Shown piece by piece: positions 1 to 9,743 of a stretch of 64,000 nucleotides of DNA. Position numbers and translations under genes: made by a program. Source of the DNA: Rubripirellula sp. (GTDB taxonomy: Bacteria > Planctomycetota > Planctomycetia > Pirellulales > Pirellulaceae); the NCBI GenBank assembly GCA_965216875.1, contig OZ244207.1:1664001-1728000 (forward strand), written 5' to 3'. Each line of letters opens with the position of its first letter. The first letter of the stretch is position 1. The notes beneath the pieces were generated by a model that saw nothing but the letters and a program-made list of their open reading frames with translations, ran no database searches and had not been told where the DNA came from.

Positions 1-525
1 GAAAACATCGGCACTTGTGAAGGAGCAGCAACGATTGGGATGGAGCTTACCGAGGATGCGCGAAGCGGTGAGCTGGACCATGTGTTGGTTGCACTTGGGG
101 GTGGCGCGATGGCCTCGGGGGTTGGCGTCGTTTTCAAAGACCGTTCGCCTGAGACGCAGGTTGTTTGCGTGCAGCCGACCGGCGCGCCGGCGATGACGCT
201 GTCATGGCGAGCCAAAAAGGTCGTTCAGACCGATGAGATCAATACGATCGCAGATGGCGTGGCGGGGCGTTTTCCAATTCCTGAAGTGCTCGACGATCTG
301 CTCGAGGTGGTTGATGACGCGTTGCTCGTTGACGAGTCGAGCATTGTCGAGGCGATGAGGCTGTTGTATCGGCACGCAGGCCTGGTGACCGAGCCGTCCG
401 CCGCGCTCGGTGTCGCCGCTCTGCTCGAAAACCGCGATCGTTTCGAGGGTCGCCGCGTCGCATCCATCATCTGCGGCGCCAACGTTTGTCCCAAGCAATT
501 CAGTCATTGGATCCAGCAGCCGTGA
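1..525 (+). CDS. PLP-dependent threonine/serine dehydratase family protein (5' truncated by window edge)
   Basis: Frame is open from base 1 (ENIGTCEGAATIGMEL...); fold-type II PLP motifs VALGGGAMASG, TIADGVA, EPSAALGVAALL, IICGAN. Confidence 0.85.
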   Translation, partial: ENIGTCEGAATIGMELTEDARSGELDHVLVALGGGAMASGVGVVFKDRSPETQVVCVQPTGAPAMTLSWRAKKVVQTDEINTIADGVAGRFPIPEVLDDLLEVVDDALLVDESSIVEAMRLLYRHAGLVTEPSAALGVAALLENRDRFEGRRVASIICGANVCPKQFSHWIQQP

Positions 526-552
526 GCCGAACGCGCTAGCGCGTTCGGCTCA
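523..552. repeat. 30-bp perfect palindrome TGAGCCGAACGCGCTAGCGCGTTCGGCTCA; dispersed repeat family C, between convergent genes
   Basis: Exact inverted repeat. Related copies near 45513, 45669, 47011, 47166 and 57149. Confidence 0.85.
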
Positions 553-554
553 TG

Positions 555-953
555 TCAGGGCCATTGAACGCCATCGCCATTGCTGACCAATAATTCAAAT
601 CCGTCGAGGGATGGGTCGGATGCGTAATGATAGGTCCAGGCCGAGATGGGCTTGTCGCTGCCGAAGAGCAGCACGTCGATTTGAACGCGCAGGTAAAGGT
701 CGGGCTGGCCAGGTTGGTTGGTGCCCTCGATTTCATCGAGTCGGTCGAGGACGCGAGTCATGTCGTCAGGGTCAAACATCCACAGTTCGCCGTGGACTTG
801 ATCATCACCCGATGTCATCGCGGGATAGTCGGGGCGACCATAGAGTTGCCCTTGGGAGTGCGCGGGCTGGATCGAAAGTGGTCGCGCAGGCCAGAGCGAA
901 GCGCGGCATTGACCTCGCTTGAGCGTTCCGTAAGCAAATACTGCGTTGGTCAT
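555..953 (-). CDS. gamma-glutamylcyclotransferase (AIG2-like) family protein
   Basis: MTNAVFAYGTLKRG start motif, VHGELW, LDEIEG, AWTYHY. Start moved to ATG at 953. Confidence 0.85.
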   Translation of the reverse strand: MTNAVFAYGTLKRGQCRASLWPARPLSIQPAHSQGQLYGRPDYPAMTSGDDQVHGELWMFDPDDMTRVLDRLDEIEGTNQPGQPDLYLRVQIDVLLFGSDKPISAWTYHYASDPSLDGFELLVSNGDGVQWP

Positions 954-1084
954 CGCAAACCGTCCCGACTCACCGGCTGAATTTGTCAGAATCGTTTCAT
1001 CGGGCTTCCCAATCGGGGAAGACTCCATCATTATCTCCTTTTCGCCAACTCTGCCTATCGGTTTTGCTCCCCGACCCTTCGCCA

Positions 1085-1750
1085 ATGTCACTTGATCCCG
1101 AATTCGTCGCGGCCCTTCAGCGTCACTCGATGGAAATCGACGAGCAAATTGCGCTTCGGCTTCAGGAGTATGCACAGCTGCTGTGGCAGTGGAACGAGAA
1201 ACTCAATTTAACGCGTCACACCACCTGGGACCTCTTTGTCGGTCGTGATTTGCGTGACTGCTTGCAGTTGGCACCGTTGCTCAAGGAAGGCGAAGAAGTA
1301 CTGGATTTGGGCAGCGGCAACGGCGTCCCTGGGATTCCACTTGCGATCCTACGCCCTGATTTCGACATGGCATTGGCTGAATCGGTGGCAAAACGAGCTG
1401 CTGCACTTGGCGAAATCGTTGCGGAGCTTGACCTGCCGGTGCCCGTTTACGGTGCTCGCGGCGAAGATTTGCTCGAAGATTTCCGGTTCTCTTCGGTCGT
1501 CAGCCGAGCGGTAGGAAGCATCTCGAAATTTTGCCGCTGGATCGAACCTCATTGGACCAATGTGGATCGTTTGCTGTTGATCAAAGGCCCAAAATGGGTC
1601 GAGGAACGGGGGGAAGCGAGGCACTTGGGTGTTTTGGCCAACCTGCAGGTGCGCAAAGTGGCTGCCTACTCGCTGGGAAGCGAAGACGACTCCGAGGGCG
1701 TGATTTTGCAAATCTGGCCCAAGGGTGTCGACGAATCACGGTTTAATTAG
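1085..1750 (+). CDS. rsmG: 16S rRNA m7G527 methyltransferase RsmG/GidB
   Basis: WNEKLNLT, VLDLGSGNGVPGIPLAI, VVSRAV and LLIKG motifs. Start at ATG 1085. Confidence 0.9.
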   Translation: MSLDPEFVAALQRHSMEIDEQIALRLQEYAQLLWQWNEKLNLTRHTTWDLFVGRDLRDCLQLAPLLKEGEEVLDLGSGNGVPGIPLAILRPDFDMALAESVAKRAAALGEIVAELDLPVPVYGARGEDLLEDFRFSSVVSRAVGSISKFCRWIEPHWTNVDRLLLIKGPKWVEERGEARHLGVLANLQVRKVAAYSLGSEDDSEGVILQIWPKGVDESRFN

Positions 1751-2026
1751 GCGAAATCGTGGTGTTAGGCCGCTCCAGACGCTTGATTCGTCTGGTCAGT
1801 TTCGGCCAGCCCTCTATACTCCACCTCAAATTTGGTGCCCCAATTGGGTCCCGGCAAGTGCCGACCCGACGCGCAGACAGATTTGAAACCGGATCGCTCC
1901 ACCCGCAACTAAGCGACGCCCCTCGTTTGGGCTGTCTGGAGCTGGTTTCGGTGAAATTGCTGGCTCTGAAAGCCGAACCCCAATGCGAACTGCAACCCAG
2001 ACGCATCAACACGATAAGACAGGAAG

Positions 2027-2938
2027 ATGTCGGACTACAGCCTTACCCACCTCAAGCAGCTTGAAGCGGAAAGCATCCATATCATCCGCGAAGTGGTCGC
2101 CGAGTTTCAAAAGCCTGTGATGCTCTATAGCGTCGGCAAAGACTCTGCCGTCCTTGTCCACCTGGCTCGCAAAGCGTTTTACCCAGCCAAGCCGCCATTC
2201 CCTTTGTTGCATGTCGACACGACTTGGAAGTTTCGCGAGATGATTGAGTTTCGCGACAACTACGCCAAGAACGAGCTTGGCCTCGACCTGCTTGTGCACA
2301 TCAACAAAGAGGGCCTCAAGCACGGGATCAAACCTTGGGAAGACAGCGAGCGTCACACCGAGTTGATGAAGACGGACTCGTTGAAGGCCGCGCTTGATCA
2401 TTACCAATTCGACGCCGCTTTTGGCGGTGCACGTCGCGACGAAGAGAAGAGTCGTGCGAAGGAGCGGGTTTTCAGTTTTCGCGACAAGTCGCATCGTTGG
2501 GACCCCAAGAACCAACGCCCCGAGCTTTGGAACATCTACAACGGCCGGGTCAACAAAGGCGAATCGATTCGCGTCTTTCCAATGAGCAATTGGACGGAAC
2601 TTGACGTTTGGCAATACATCCACCTGGAACAAATCCCAATCGTCCCTCTCTACTTGGCGGCACCGCGAAAAGTGGTCAACCGCGACGGCATTTTATTGAT
2701 GCTTGATGACGATCGGATGCCACTGCTTCCTGGTGAAAAAGAAGAAACACGCATGGTTCGCTTCCGAACGCTCGGTTGTTACCCGCTGTCGGGTGCCGTC
2801 GAAAGTGAAGCGACCACCCTTCCCGAAGTGATCCAAGAGATGTTGCTCGCCACGACGAGCGAACGCCAAGGCCGCATCATCGACCAAGACGAAGGTGGAG
2901 CCGGAATGGAAGCCAAGAAAGTACGCGGTTACTTCTAA
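2027..2938 (+). CDS. cysD: sulfate adenylyltransferase subunit 2
   Basis: [46 protein letters not shown]. Confidence 0.97.
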   Translation: MSDYSLTHLKQLEAESIHIIREVVAEFQKPVMLYSVGKDSAVLVHLARKAFYPAKPPFPLLHVDTTWKFREMIEFRDNYAKNELGLDLLVHINKEGLKHGIKPWEDSERHTELMKTDSLKAALDHYQFDAAFGGARRDEEKSRAKERVFSFRDKSHRWDPKNQRPELWNIYNGRVNKGESIRVFPMSNWTELDVWQYIHLEQIPIVPLYLAAPRKVVNRDGILLMLDDDRMPLLPGEKEETRMVRFRTLGCYPLSGAVESEATTLPEVIQEMLLATTSERQGRIIDQDEGGAGMEAKKVRGYF

Positions 2939-3038
2939 GGGCTTCGGCATCCACCATCGATCGTTGCCACGTGAACCAAATCCGCGGCAATCTCACACAG
3001 CACCCGAATACTCCTAGCGTTTCGCAAACACACGTTCC

Positions 3039-4982
3039 ATGAGCCACAAGTCTGACCTGATCGCCACCGACATCGAGGCCTACCTCAAGCAACACGAGCA
3101 AAAGCAACTGTTGCGGTTCATCACGTGCGGTAGCGTTGATGATGGTAAGAGCACACTGATTGGCCGTTTGCTGTACGACAGCAAGATGATCTACGAAGAC
3201 GACATGAAGCGTCTTGAAGCGGATTCGAAGGTCGTAGGCACCACGGGCGGCAACTTTGACCCCGCGCTGTTGACCGACGGTCTGAAGGCCGAACGCGAAC
3301 AAGGCATCACGATTGATGTTGCGTATCGCTACTTCAGCACGGCGAAACGCAAGTTCATCATTGCGGACACGCCCGGGCATGAGCAATACACCCGCAACAT
3401 GGCGACCGGCGCCAGTTCGGCCGATTTGGCGGTGATCTTGATCGACGCCCGCCACGGTGTTTTGACGCAAACCAAACGCCACAGCTTCATCGTTTCGTTG
3501 CTTGGGATTCGTCACGTTGTTGTCGCCGTCAACAAAATGGACTTGGCCGATTTCGCCGAAGAACGTTTTGACGAGATTTGTGATGACTACCGTAAGTTCG
3601 CGGCGCGACTTGACCTGCCCGACTTGCACTTCATTCCGATCAGTGCACTCAATGGTGACAACGTCGTCGATCGCAGCGACAAGATGCCGTGGTACACCGG
3701 CAGCACGCTGATGAACTTCCTGGAAACGGTCTACATCGGTAGCGACCGAAACCTGCAAGACTTCCGCATGCCAGTTCAGTACGTGAACCGGCCCAACCTC
3801 GACTTCCGAGGATTCTGTGGCACGATCGCATCCGGCATCATTCGCCCCGGCGAAGAGATCATGGTGCTTCCGAGTCGTCAAACTTCCAAAGTCAAAGAGG
3901 TGGTAACCTTTGACGGTGCGCTTGAAGAAGCCTACGCGCCGCTTTCGGTGACACTGACGCTCGAAGATGAAATCGACGCCAGTCGCGGTGACATGATCGT
4001 TCGTTCGGGTAACGTCCCCAAGAGTCGCGATCAGATCGAAGCGATGCTCGTCTGGATGGATGGCGAGAAGATGGTGCCGGGCAAAACGTACCTGTTCAAA
4101 CACACGTCGCAGACCTTGCCGGGCACAATCGACACGCTCAAGTACCGCGTCGATGTGAACACGTTGCACCGAGCACCGGCTCCGCAACTCGAATTGAACG
4201 AAATCGGCCGAGTCAGCATCTCGTTGACCGGACCGTTGCATTTCGACGCCTATCGCCGCAACCGCAGCACGGGTGCGTTTATCGTTGTCGATCGCATCAC
4301 CAACGCGACGGTAGCATCGGGAATGATCCTGGACAAATCAGGAGACGGTTCGCCCAAGTCGGTTTGGGATGACGAAGTGGCGGCCGATTCAAGCAAAGAT
4401 CCAAACACCGTCGACACGGTCAGTGCTGATGATCGAGCGGCTCGTTTCGGGCAAAAGGCGGTGACGGTTCTGCTTACCGGTTTAACTGGCAGCGGCAAGT
4501 CGGCGATTGGACATGCGGTCGAGCGAAAGCTGTTCGATCAAGGTCGAGCCGTTTCGATGATCGATGGTGAACAGGTTCGCCGCGGACTCAGTCTCGACCT
4601 CGGCTACACCGCCGACGACCGCAGTGAAAACCTGCGCCGCAGTGCCCACTTGGCTGAAACGCTTAACAACGCTGGTCTGATCTGCATCGCTTCGTTTGTT
4701 GCACCGTCGGCGGACGTTCGCGGTAAAGTTGGCCAATTGCTCGGCGAAGAGCGTTTCTTGACCGTTCACGTTGCGACGCCGGTGGACGTTTGCCGCCAGC
4801 GTGATCAGAAAGGCCAATACGCAAAGGCAGACGCAGGTGAATTGCCAAACTTCCCTGGTGTGACAGCCGATTACGAAACGCCCGAGTCGCCCGATCTGGT
4901 TGTCGACGCGTCGGAAAAGTCAGTCGGCGAATGTGCTGACGCCGTGATCGCATTGCTACGAGACAAGGGCATGATCAAGTAG
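3039..4982 (+). CDS. cysN: sulfate adenylyltransferase subunit 1 fused to APS kinase (CysNC)
   Basis: GTPase motifs [15 protein letters not shown] and NKMD; C-terminal APS-kinase domain GLTGSGKS...ENLRR. Confidence 0.95.
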   Translation: MSHKSDLIATDIEAYLKQHEQKQLLRFITCGSVDDGKSTLIGRLLYDSKMIYEDDMKRLEADSKVVGTTGGNFDPALLTDGLKAEREQGITIDVAYRYFSTAKRKFIIADTPGHEQYTRNMATGASSADLAVILIDARHGVLTQTKRHSFIVSLLGIRHVVVAVNKMDLADFAEERFDEICDDYRKFAARLDLPDLHFIPISALNGDNVVDRSDKMPWYTGSTLMNFLETVYIGSDRNLQDFRMPVQYVNRPNLDFRGFCGTIASGIIRPGEEIMVLPSRQTSKVKEVVTFDGALEEAYAPLSVTLTLEDEIDASRGDMIVRSGNVPKSRDQIEAMLVWMDGEKMVPGKTYLFKHTSQTLPGTIDTLKYRVDVNTLHRAPAPQLELNEIGRVSISLTGPLHFDAYRRNRSTGAFIVVDRITNATVASGMILDKSGDGSPKSVWDDEVAADSSKDPNTVDTVSADDRAARFGQKAVTVLLTGLTGSGKSAIGHAVERKLFDQGRAVSMIDGEQVRRGLSLDLGYTADDRSENLRRSAHLAETLNNAGLICIASFVAPSADVRGKVGQLLGEERFLTVHVATPVDVCRQRDQKGQYAKADAGELPNFPGVTADYETPESPDLVVDASEKSVGECADAVIALLRDKGMIK

Positions 4983-4983
4983 C

Positions 4984-5214
4984 GTAGCTACCTTCGCCAG
5001 AAGGTGGTGGCGTTTCTTTACGCGTTCTCTCAGCGTGAGTTGCCATGAGCCGTGAACGCGTAAGCGGCCGGGCTTACGTTCATGCGCGCGCTTGGCAAAG
5101 GCCCGAGGCCTTACGGCCAGCGGCTCACGGCAATGTGTCCGGAGAGGGTCTGTTTTGCAACGGTCATTCCCTCCCCGGGCTTTAGCGCCCGACCCTCCCG
5201 CAAGCGGGAGGGTG
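4984..5214. repeat. composite intergenic REP-like cluster (GTAG hairpin A + family F + family B)
   Basis: GTAGCTACCTTCGCCAGAAGGTGG, GGCCCGAGGCCTTACGGCCAGCGGCTCACG and CCCTCCCGCAAGCGGGAGGG, each recurring elsewhere in the window. Confidence 0.85.
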
Positions 5215-5323
5215 ATTGTTGGATCGTACGTTATGGGTGCGAGGCCAATTCGGCAGGTCCTGGTGGGATCGGATAGAGTATTGCAACTCCTTCCTTTCGC
5301 GTCCCACCACCACGGCTACCGTC

Positions 5324-6760
5324 ATGACCCGACGAATTCTCTGGGCGACTCTCTCGTTCATCCTTCTTGCTTTCCCGTGCTTTGGCGAGACGGCGTCGGC
5401 TCAAAAACCGAACGTCCTGTTCATCGCGATCGACGACTTGAATGATTGGGTCGGATGCTTGGGGCGACACCCGAATGCGAAGACTCCAAACATTGACCGT
5501 TTAGCAGCGCGCGGCGTGTTGTTTTCCAACGCTCATTGCCAGGCACCGATCTGTGGGCCGAGTCGCGCGAGCCTGTTCACGGGGTTGCTGCCGACAACTT
5601 CGGGAATCTACGCACAGATCTCCGACAGGCAGATTCCCAAGGCGAGCGCAGCGGCCTCGAAAGCAACGCTGTTGCCCAAATACTTCGAGCAAAATGGTTA
5701 CCAGACCTTTGCCTGCGGAAAACTCTTTCACAACGGCGACAAAGCGAAGGTGTTTCAAGATTACGGAGGGCACTCGAGCTTTGGGCCGAAACCCAAGAAA
5801 CGATTCAAATACGATCCCGCTTGGTTCCCGGAAAAGATTGGTGGCACGCAGACGGATTGGGGGGCGTTTCCCGAAACGGATGCCGAGATGCCTGATTTCA
5901 AGATCGCTGCCTATGGTGTCAAGCAACTCGAGGCAAAGCACGACAAGCCATTTTTCTTGGCGGTGGGTTTCATGAGGCCACACGTCCCTTGGTACGTGCC
6001 TCAAAAATGGTTCGACATGCATCCGGTGGAAAGCGTTGCGTTGCCCCCGTATCTGGCGAACGATTTCGATGACATCCCGGAGATGTCGGCCAAGGTCAAC
6101 GAGCTACCAGCGATGCCAAGTACCGAGTGGGCCAAGAAAACGGGAGAATGGAAAAACATGGTGCAGAGCTACCTTGCCTGCACCTCGTTTGTCGACGCAC
6201 AAGTCGGCAAAGTGCTCGACGCACTCGACGCGAGTCCGTACCGAGACAACACGATCGTGATGCTTTGGTCGGATCACGGCTATCACCTTGGCGAGAAGAA
6301 TCGATTCGCAAAGCAAGCACTGTGGGATCGCGCCAATCGCATCCCGCTGATCATCTCGGCTGCTGGAACGAAGCCTGGTGTCTGCAATCAGCCGGTCGGA
6401 CTCATCGATCTTTACCCGACGCTTGTTGATCTGTGCGATTTACCGGCAAACCCTTCGAATGACGGACATTCGATCGTTCCGCTGCTTGAGGATCCGAAAT
6501 CGAATTGGGAGCATCCGACGCTCACCAGTTACGGGCCGGACAATCATGCCGTGCAAACCGAACGCTACCGGTTCTATCAGTACGAGGATGGTTCGATGGA
6601 GCTGTACGATCACGAGCGTGATCCGAACGAATGGAAAAACCTCGCCGCATCAAAACCTGAAATCGTCAAGCAGCATCGCGCGATGTTGCCGATTCAGCCC
6701 GCCGAGTCAGCCAAAGAGAACAAATACCCGACCAATCAGTACTTTCTTGATCGGTTTTGA
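5324..6760 (+). CDS. secreted formylglycine-dependent sulfatase (iduronate/choline-sulfatase-like)
   Basis: Signal peptide, KPNVLFIAIDD, CGPSRASLFTG (CxPxR), GKLFH, WSDHGYHLGEK. Confidence 0.93.
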   Translation: MTRRILWATLSFILLAFPCFGETASAQKPNVLFIAIDDLNDWVGCLGRHPNAKTPNIDRLAARGVLFSNAHCQAPICGPSRASLFTGLLPTTSGIYAQISDRQIPKASAAASKATLLPKYFEQNGYQTFACGKLFHNGDKAKVFQDYGGHSSFGPKPKKRFKYDPAWFPEKIGGTQTDWGAFPETDAEMPDFKIAAYGVKQLEAKHDKPFFLAVGFMRPHVPWYVPQKWFDMHPVESVALPPYLANDFDDIPEMSAKVNELPAMPSTEWAKKTGEWKNMVQSYLACTSFVDAQVGKVLDALDASPYRDNTIVMLWSDHGYHLGEKNRFAKQALWDRANRIPLIISAAGTKPGVCNQPVGLIDLYPTLVDLCDLPANPSNDGHSIVPLLEDPKSNWEHPTLTSYGPDNHAVQTERYRFYQYEDGSMELYDHERDPNEWKNLAASKPEIVKQHRAMLPIQPAESAKENKYPTNQYFLDRF

Positions 6761-6809
6761 CTGGTGGTGTGGTCGACCGCGGCGATGCTCCGCAGCGTTC
6801 GGTACCACG

Positions 6810-7709
6810 TCAAACGGTCAACGGAGGTTGCTCACCTGAACCGTGCGGGTCCACAGGCGCGATGGGAGTCGGGGGCGCTGCGTCCGAGAATGGCCACGGC
6901 GGTGAGGGTGGTAAGACGTCGACATTGCCGAGTGCATGCATCGCTTGCCCGAAGCGGTGATTCGAAAATCGTAAGGTCGCTCGAACGTGCTCCCGTTCGA
7001 TGGGCATTGTTTCGCAGCCGAGAAGCTGGCATTGCTCGCCGATCAAGTCGCAATGTCGCTGGTAGATGATCGCGAGGTCTGCGTCGTCCCAATCAAAGTG
7101 CTCGCAGCAAAAGGAACCGGTGGCGTTCACTTCGTCGACATCTTTCTCCATGTTCTTTGCGATGTCATCGACACTGGTTTCGATCGCCAAACGATTGCTA
7201 AGTAGGGTCGTCAACGAATAGAACCGATCCCGATTGCAGTGGCCGACGCAGAGCACGCTCTGTCGATCAGGACTTAAGTACGCTTGCACTTCGATGAGGA
7301 GCGGTTCTGGCTTGAGTAGGAATGAGTTGACACTCTCGAAACCTAGCGACTCGGCTCGTTCGCCGACTTCATTCACACAGGCACGACCCGACTCATCCAT
7401 TTGGTTGAACGCAATGGTCTCCATCAGGGCAGGGCGGTGGACCCTCGAGAAACGCTTCCAAAACCTGCTTGATTGATACTCTTGCCAAACGGTCGCGATG
7501 AACAACAAGGGGACAAAGGGACCGATCAGCAGGAACGCGGCGCTGATTGCGCCCGCGTAGGCCACCGCCGCGAAGCGTTCTTTTTGTTTGGCCGTTTCCC
7601 AAAGATTCTCACGCCACTGATCGTCATCGCTGCACAGCACGACGGCCGCAGCAAGGCCAAGGTACGCGACGCCCAGGTAGACACAGATTGTGATCGCCAA
7701 CCAACTCAT
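6810..7709 (-). CDS. hypothetical membrane protein with N-terminal TM helices
   Basis: About 300-aa ORF with two hydrophobic segments near the N-terminus; family not recognised; start uncertain. Confidence 0.65.
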   Translation of the reverse strand: MSWLAITICVYLGVAYLGLAAAVVLCSDDDQWRENLWETAKQKERFAAVAYAGAISAAFLLIGPFVPLLFIATVWQEYQSSRFWKRFSRVHRPALMETIAFNQMDESGRACVNEVGERAESLGFESVNSFLLKPEPLLIEVQAYLSPDRQSVLCVGHCNRDRFYSLTTLLSNRLAIETSVDDIAKNMEKDVDEVNATGSFCCEHFDWDDADLAIIYQRHCDLIGEQCQLLGCETMPIEREHVRATLRFSNHRFGQAMHALGNVDVLPPSPPWPFSDAAPPTPIAPVDPHGSGEQPPLTV

Positions 7710-7910
7710 GCCAAGCTCAAGTCGAGAGAACAATAGTTGCGTTTTTCCCGCCCTCGAAAGCAAGGTTACGTCGTCCCCGCCAGCGAATGGTCATCGCCGG
7801 TCAAATGGTTTGGCAAGCGACCAGTTGGGAACGGGTTGCAGCGGTAAGAGCGATTTTGAGTTGACGTTTGTCGATCCGAACTGTCCAAGGTTAACCGACG
7901 CTCCAACAAA

Positions 7911-8164
7911 CACCCTCCCGCATGCGGGAGGGTCGGACGCAAAGTCCGGGGAGGGAATCGCTTTTTGAAACAAGCCCTCTCCGGGCCTTAGAGCCCGACT
8001 CTCTCACGGGAGAGTGCTAATACGCGCATTTTCGAAGCCTATTGGAATCGCAATTGCAACCTGTGGCGCTCGCGTCGGGCCTTTCACCGTTCGTGTGTTG
8101 GCTGGGCATTGAGTAAACCGCATGTGGGATGAAGGGCCCGAGGCCTCACGGCCAACGGCTCACG
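7911..8164. repeat. REP-like repeat cluster (family B reversed, plus family F)
   Basis: Reverse complement of the element at 45555-45659 and 54933-55038; GGCCCGAGGCCTCACGGCCAACGGCTCACG near 8135. Confidence 0.8.
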
Positions 8165-8194
8165 GGCGCGGTGCAAAAGGCGGCATTTTGAAGA

Positions 8195-8518
8195 TCACAC
8201 CTGGACTTCGATTGTCCCATCCACGACGCGGATGGCTCTTGTCTTGACGTTGAATTGAGGCATGTCTTGGTCGACATACTTGCCCGTTTTGATGTCGAAG
8301 CCCCAGTGGTGAATACGGCATCGAACAACGCCATCACATACCTCGCCGTGTGCAAGCGATGCGCCGGCGTGCGGGCAGTCGTTGTCGAGTGCGAAGATTT
8401 CTCCGCCCAGCCGATAGAGGCCGATTCGAATGTCTCCGATCACGAACGTTTTCGATCCGCCTTCCTCGATCTCGGTCTCCCCACAAACCGGTAGGTATTG
8501 AAGCTCGCTTTCATTCAT
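8195..8518 (-). CDS. Rieske-type [2Fe-2S] ferredoxin
   Basis: CPH...CRIH Rieske ligands, WGFDIKTGK. Confidence 0.92.
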   Translation of the reverse strand: MNESELQYLPVCGETEIEEGGSKTFVIGDIRIGLYRLGGEIFALDNDCPHAGASLAHGEVCDGVVRCRIHHWGFDIKTGKYVDQDMPQFNVKTRAIRVVDGTIEVQV

Positions 8519-8619
8519 CGCAAAATCACTTTCTCTTCGGCTCGTTGTTCGACCAACGAGCCGAGAATCGGATAGAATCCTGAAAGATCCAGTGGCATCA
8601 CCTTCATGGAATCACCGTC

Positions 8620-8871
8620 ATGTCATTCATGATCGAGCTTCATTTTAGTGAGCAGCATCGTACCGAGGCACTCGACTATTTCTGGAGTCATGGGGCCTGT
8701 CACTACGAGGGCAAGGTTTCGATCAAGGGGCTTTGGGTCGCATCAGGTGACCGAATTGCCTATGCACTTGTCAACGCAGACAATCGCGATGAGGTTGATC
8801 GCGCCTGTAGGCCACTGCGGGAATTTGGCGAAGTGTATGCTCGGCCCGTCGCCAGCTCGGATGAACTCTAA
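8620..8871 (+). CDS. small alpha/beta-barrel-like protein (DUF3303-like)
   Basis: 83-aa ORF with a plausible start; pattern GLW...AYALVNAD...PV resembles DUF3303/GYD-type proteins. Confidence 0.6.
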   Translation: MSFMIELHFSEQHRTEALDYFWSHGACHYEGKVSIKGLWVASGDRIAYALVNADNRDEVDRACRPLREFGEVYARPVASSDEL

Positions 8872-8944
8872 ACGTGCGGACCGAACTCGGCGAATTCGGG
8901 TTCATTCACTTGTCGTTCGCACCTTTACGCACGGAGAACCTGTC

Positions 8945-9478
8945 ATGCATCGATTGACATTGTCTACGCTCATTCTTTTCGCCGGTACGTTAGTTGGCGG
9001 CGCCACGCTGGTGGCTCAAGATCCTGCAGCCCCATCATCAGGCACCCAAGCGCCCGACAACCAGAAGCCTGCTTCCGACGCTGCAGTGAAGGCGGAGCCC
9101 ACCGAGCGTGAGTCGAAGCTTGCTTCCTACTTGAGCGGGGCCAAGTTTGTGGGCAAATTCACGATCGACGGAAAAGAAGAGGCCGATCCGAAGACCGAAG
9201 AGTACACGATCAGCAAATGTGAAAAGCTTGCTGCCGAGGACATGTACCGTCTGACGGCGCGCATCAAGTATGGCGACGTCGACAGTGAAGTGCCGCTGGA
9301 CCTCAAGATCGTTTGGTCAGGCAGCACCCCCGTGATCACGCTCGACAACTTCTGGATCCCCGGAATGGGAACGTTTGGTGCTCGTGTTTTGATCCACTCG
9401 GACCGTTACGCGGGTACCTGGCAACATGATGCCGTCGGCGGTCACATGTACGGCAAGATCGTTGCTGAAAAGAAGTGA
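8945..9478 (+). CDS. secreted hypothetical protein
   Basis: SD-like GGAG, ATG 8945, signal peptide, Pro/Ala linker and a beta-rich domain. Confidence 0.75.
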   Translation: MHRLTLSTLILFAGTLVGGATLVAQDPAAPSSGTQAPDNQKPASDAAVKAEPTERESKLASYLSGAKFVGKFTIDGKEEADPKTEEYTISKCEKLAAEDMYRLTARIKYGDVDSEVPLDLKIVWSGSTPVITLDNFWIPGMGTFGARVLIHSDRYAGTWQHDAVGGHMYGKIVAEKK

Positions 9479-9600
9479 GTTGTTGTGTGGCTTTGGGCCG
9501 GGAGATCTGCGGAAGAGTGCCCGGCCGCTTGCGCGATCACGGCTCAATTCTCTGGTCGCGTTCTGGCGGGACCACGAACGGGCTTGCTGAGTGCGCATGA

Positions 9601-9637
9601 AAAAACGCTCGGTGCCCCCCGGCTTCCGAGCGTTTTT
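9601..9637. terminator. bidirectional intrinsic terminator-like hairpin
   Basis: AAAAACGCTCGG-N13-CCGAGCGTTTTT between convergent genes. Confidence 0.7.
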
Positions 9638-9743
9638 GCCTTTCCTCGTGTCCTGGTGCGGACCTGATCAAGTCGTCCTGCCGTCGCTAACAAACATCAC
9701 CGGCTCCCAGTAGCAGCTGGACGGGTTGATCAGTCGACACCGA

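Noticed and set aside
2877..4241. 454-aa antisense ORF and similar long shadow ORFs (e.g. 34622-35515, 36123-37070, 49987-51069, 58904-59776, 62196-63239)
   Set aside because: They lie antisense to better-supported genes, as expected from high-GC codon bias, and have no protein motifs.
7994..8020. CIRCE element (GAGTGCTAA half-site)
   Set aside because: The left arm TTAGCACTC is absent, the site is the edge of a family B repeat, and no chaperone gene is adjacent.
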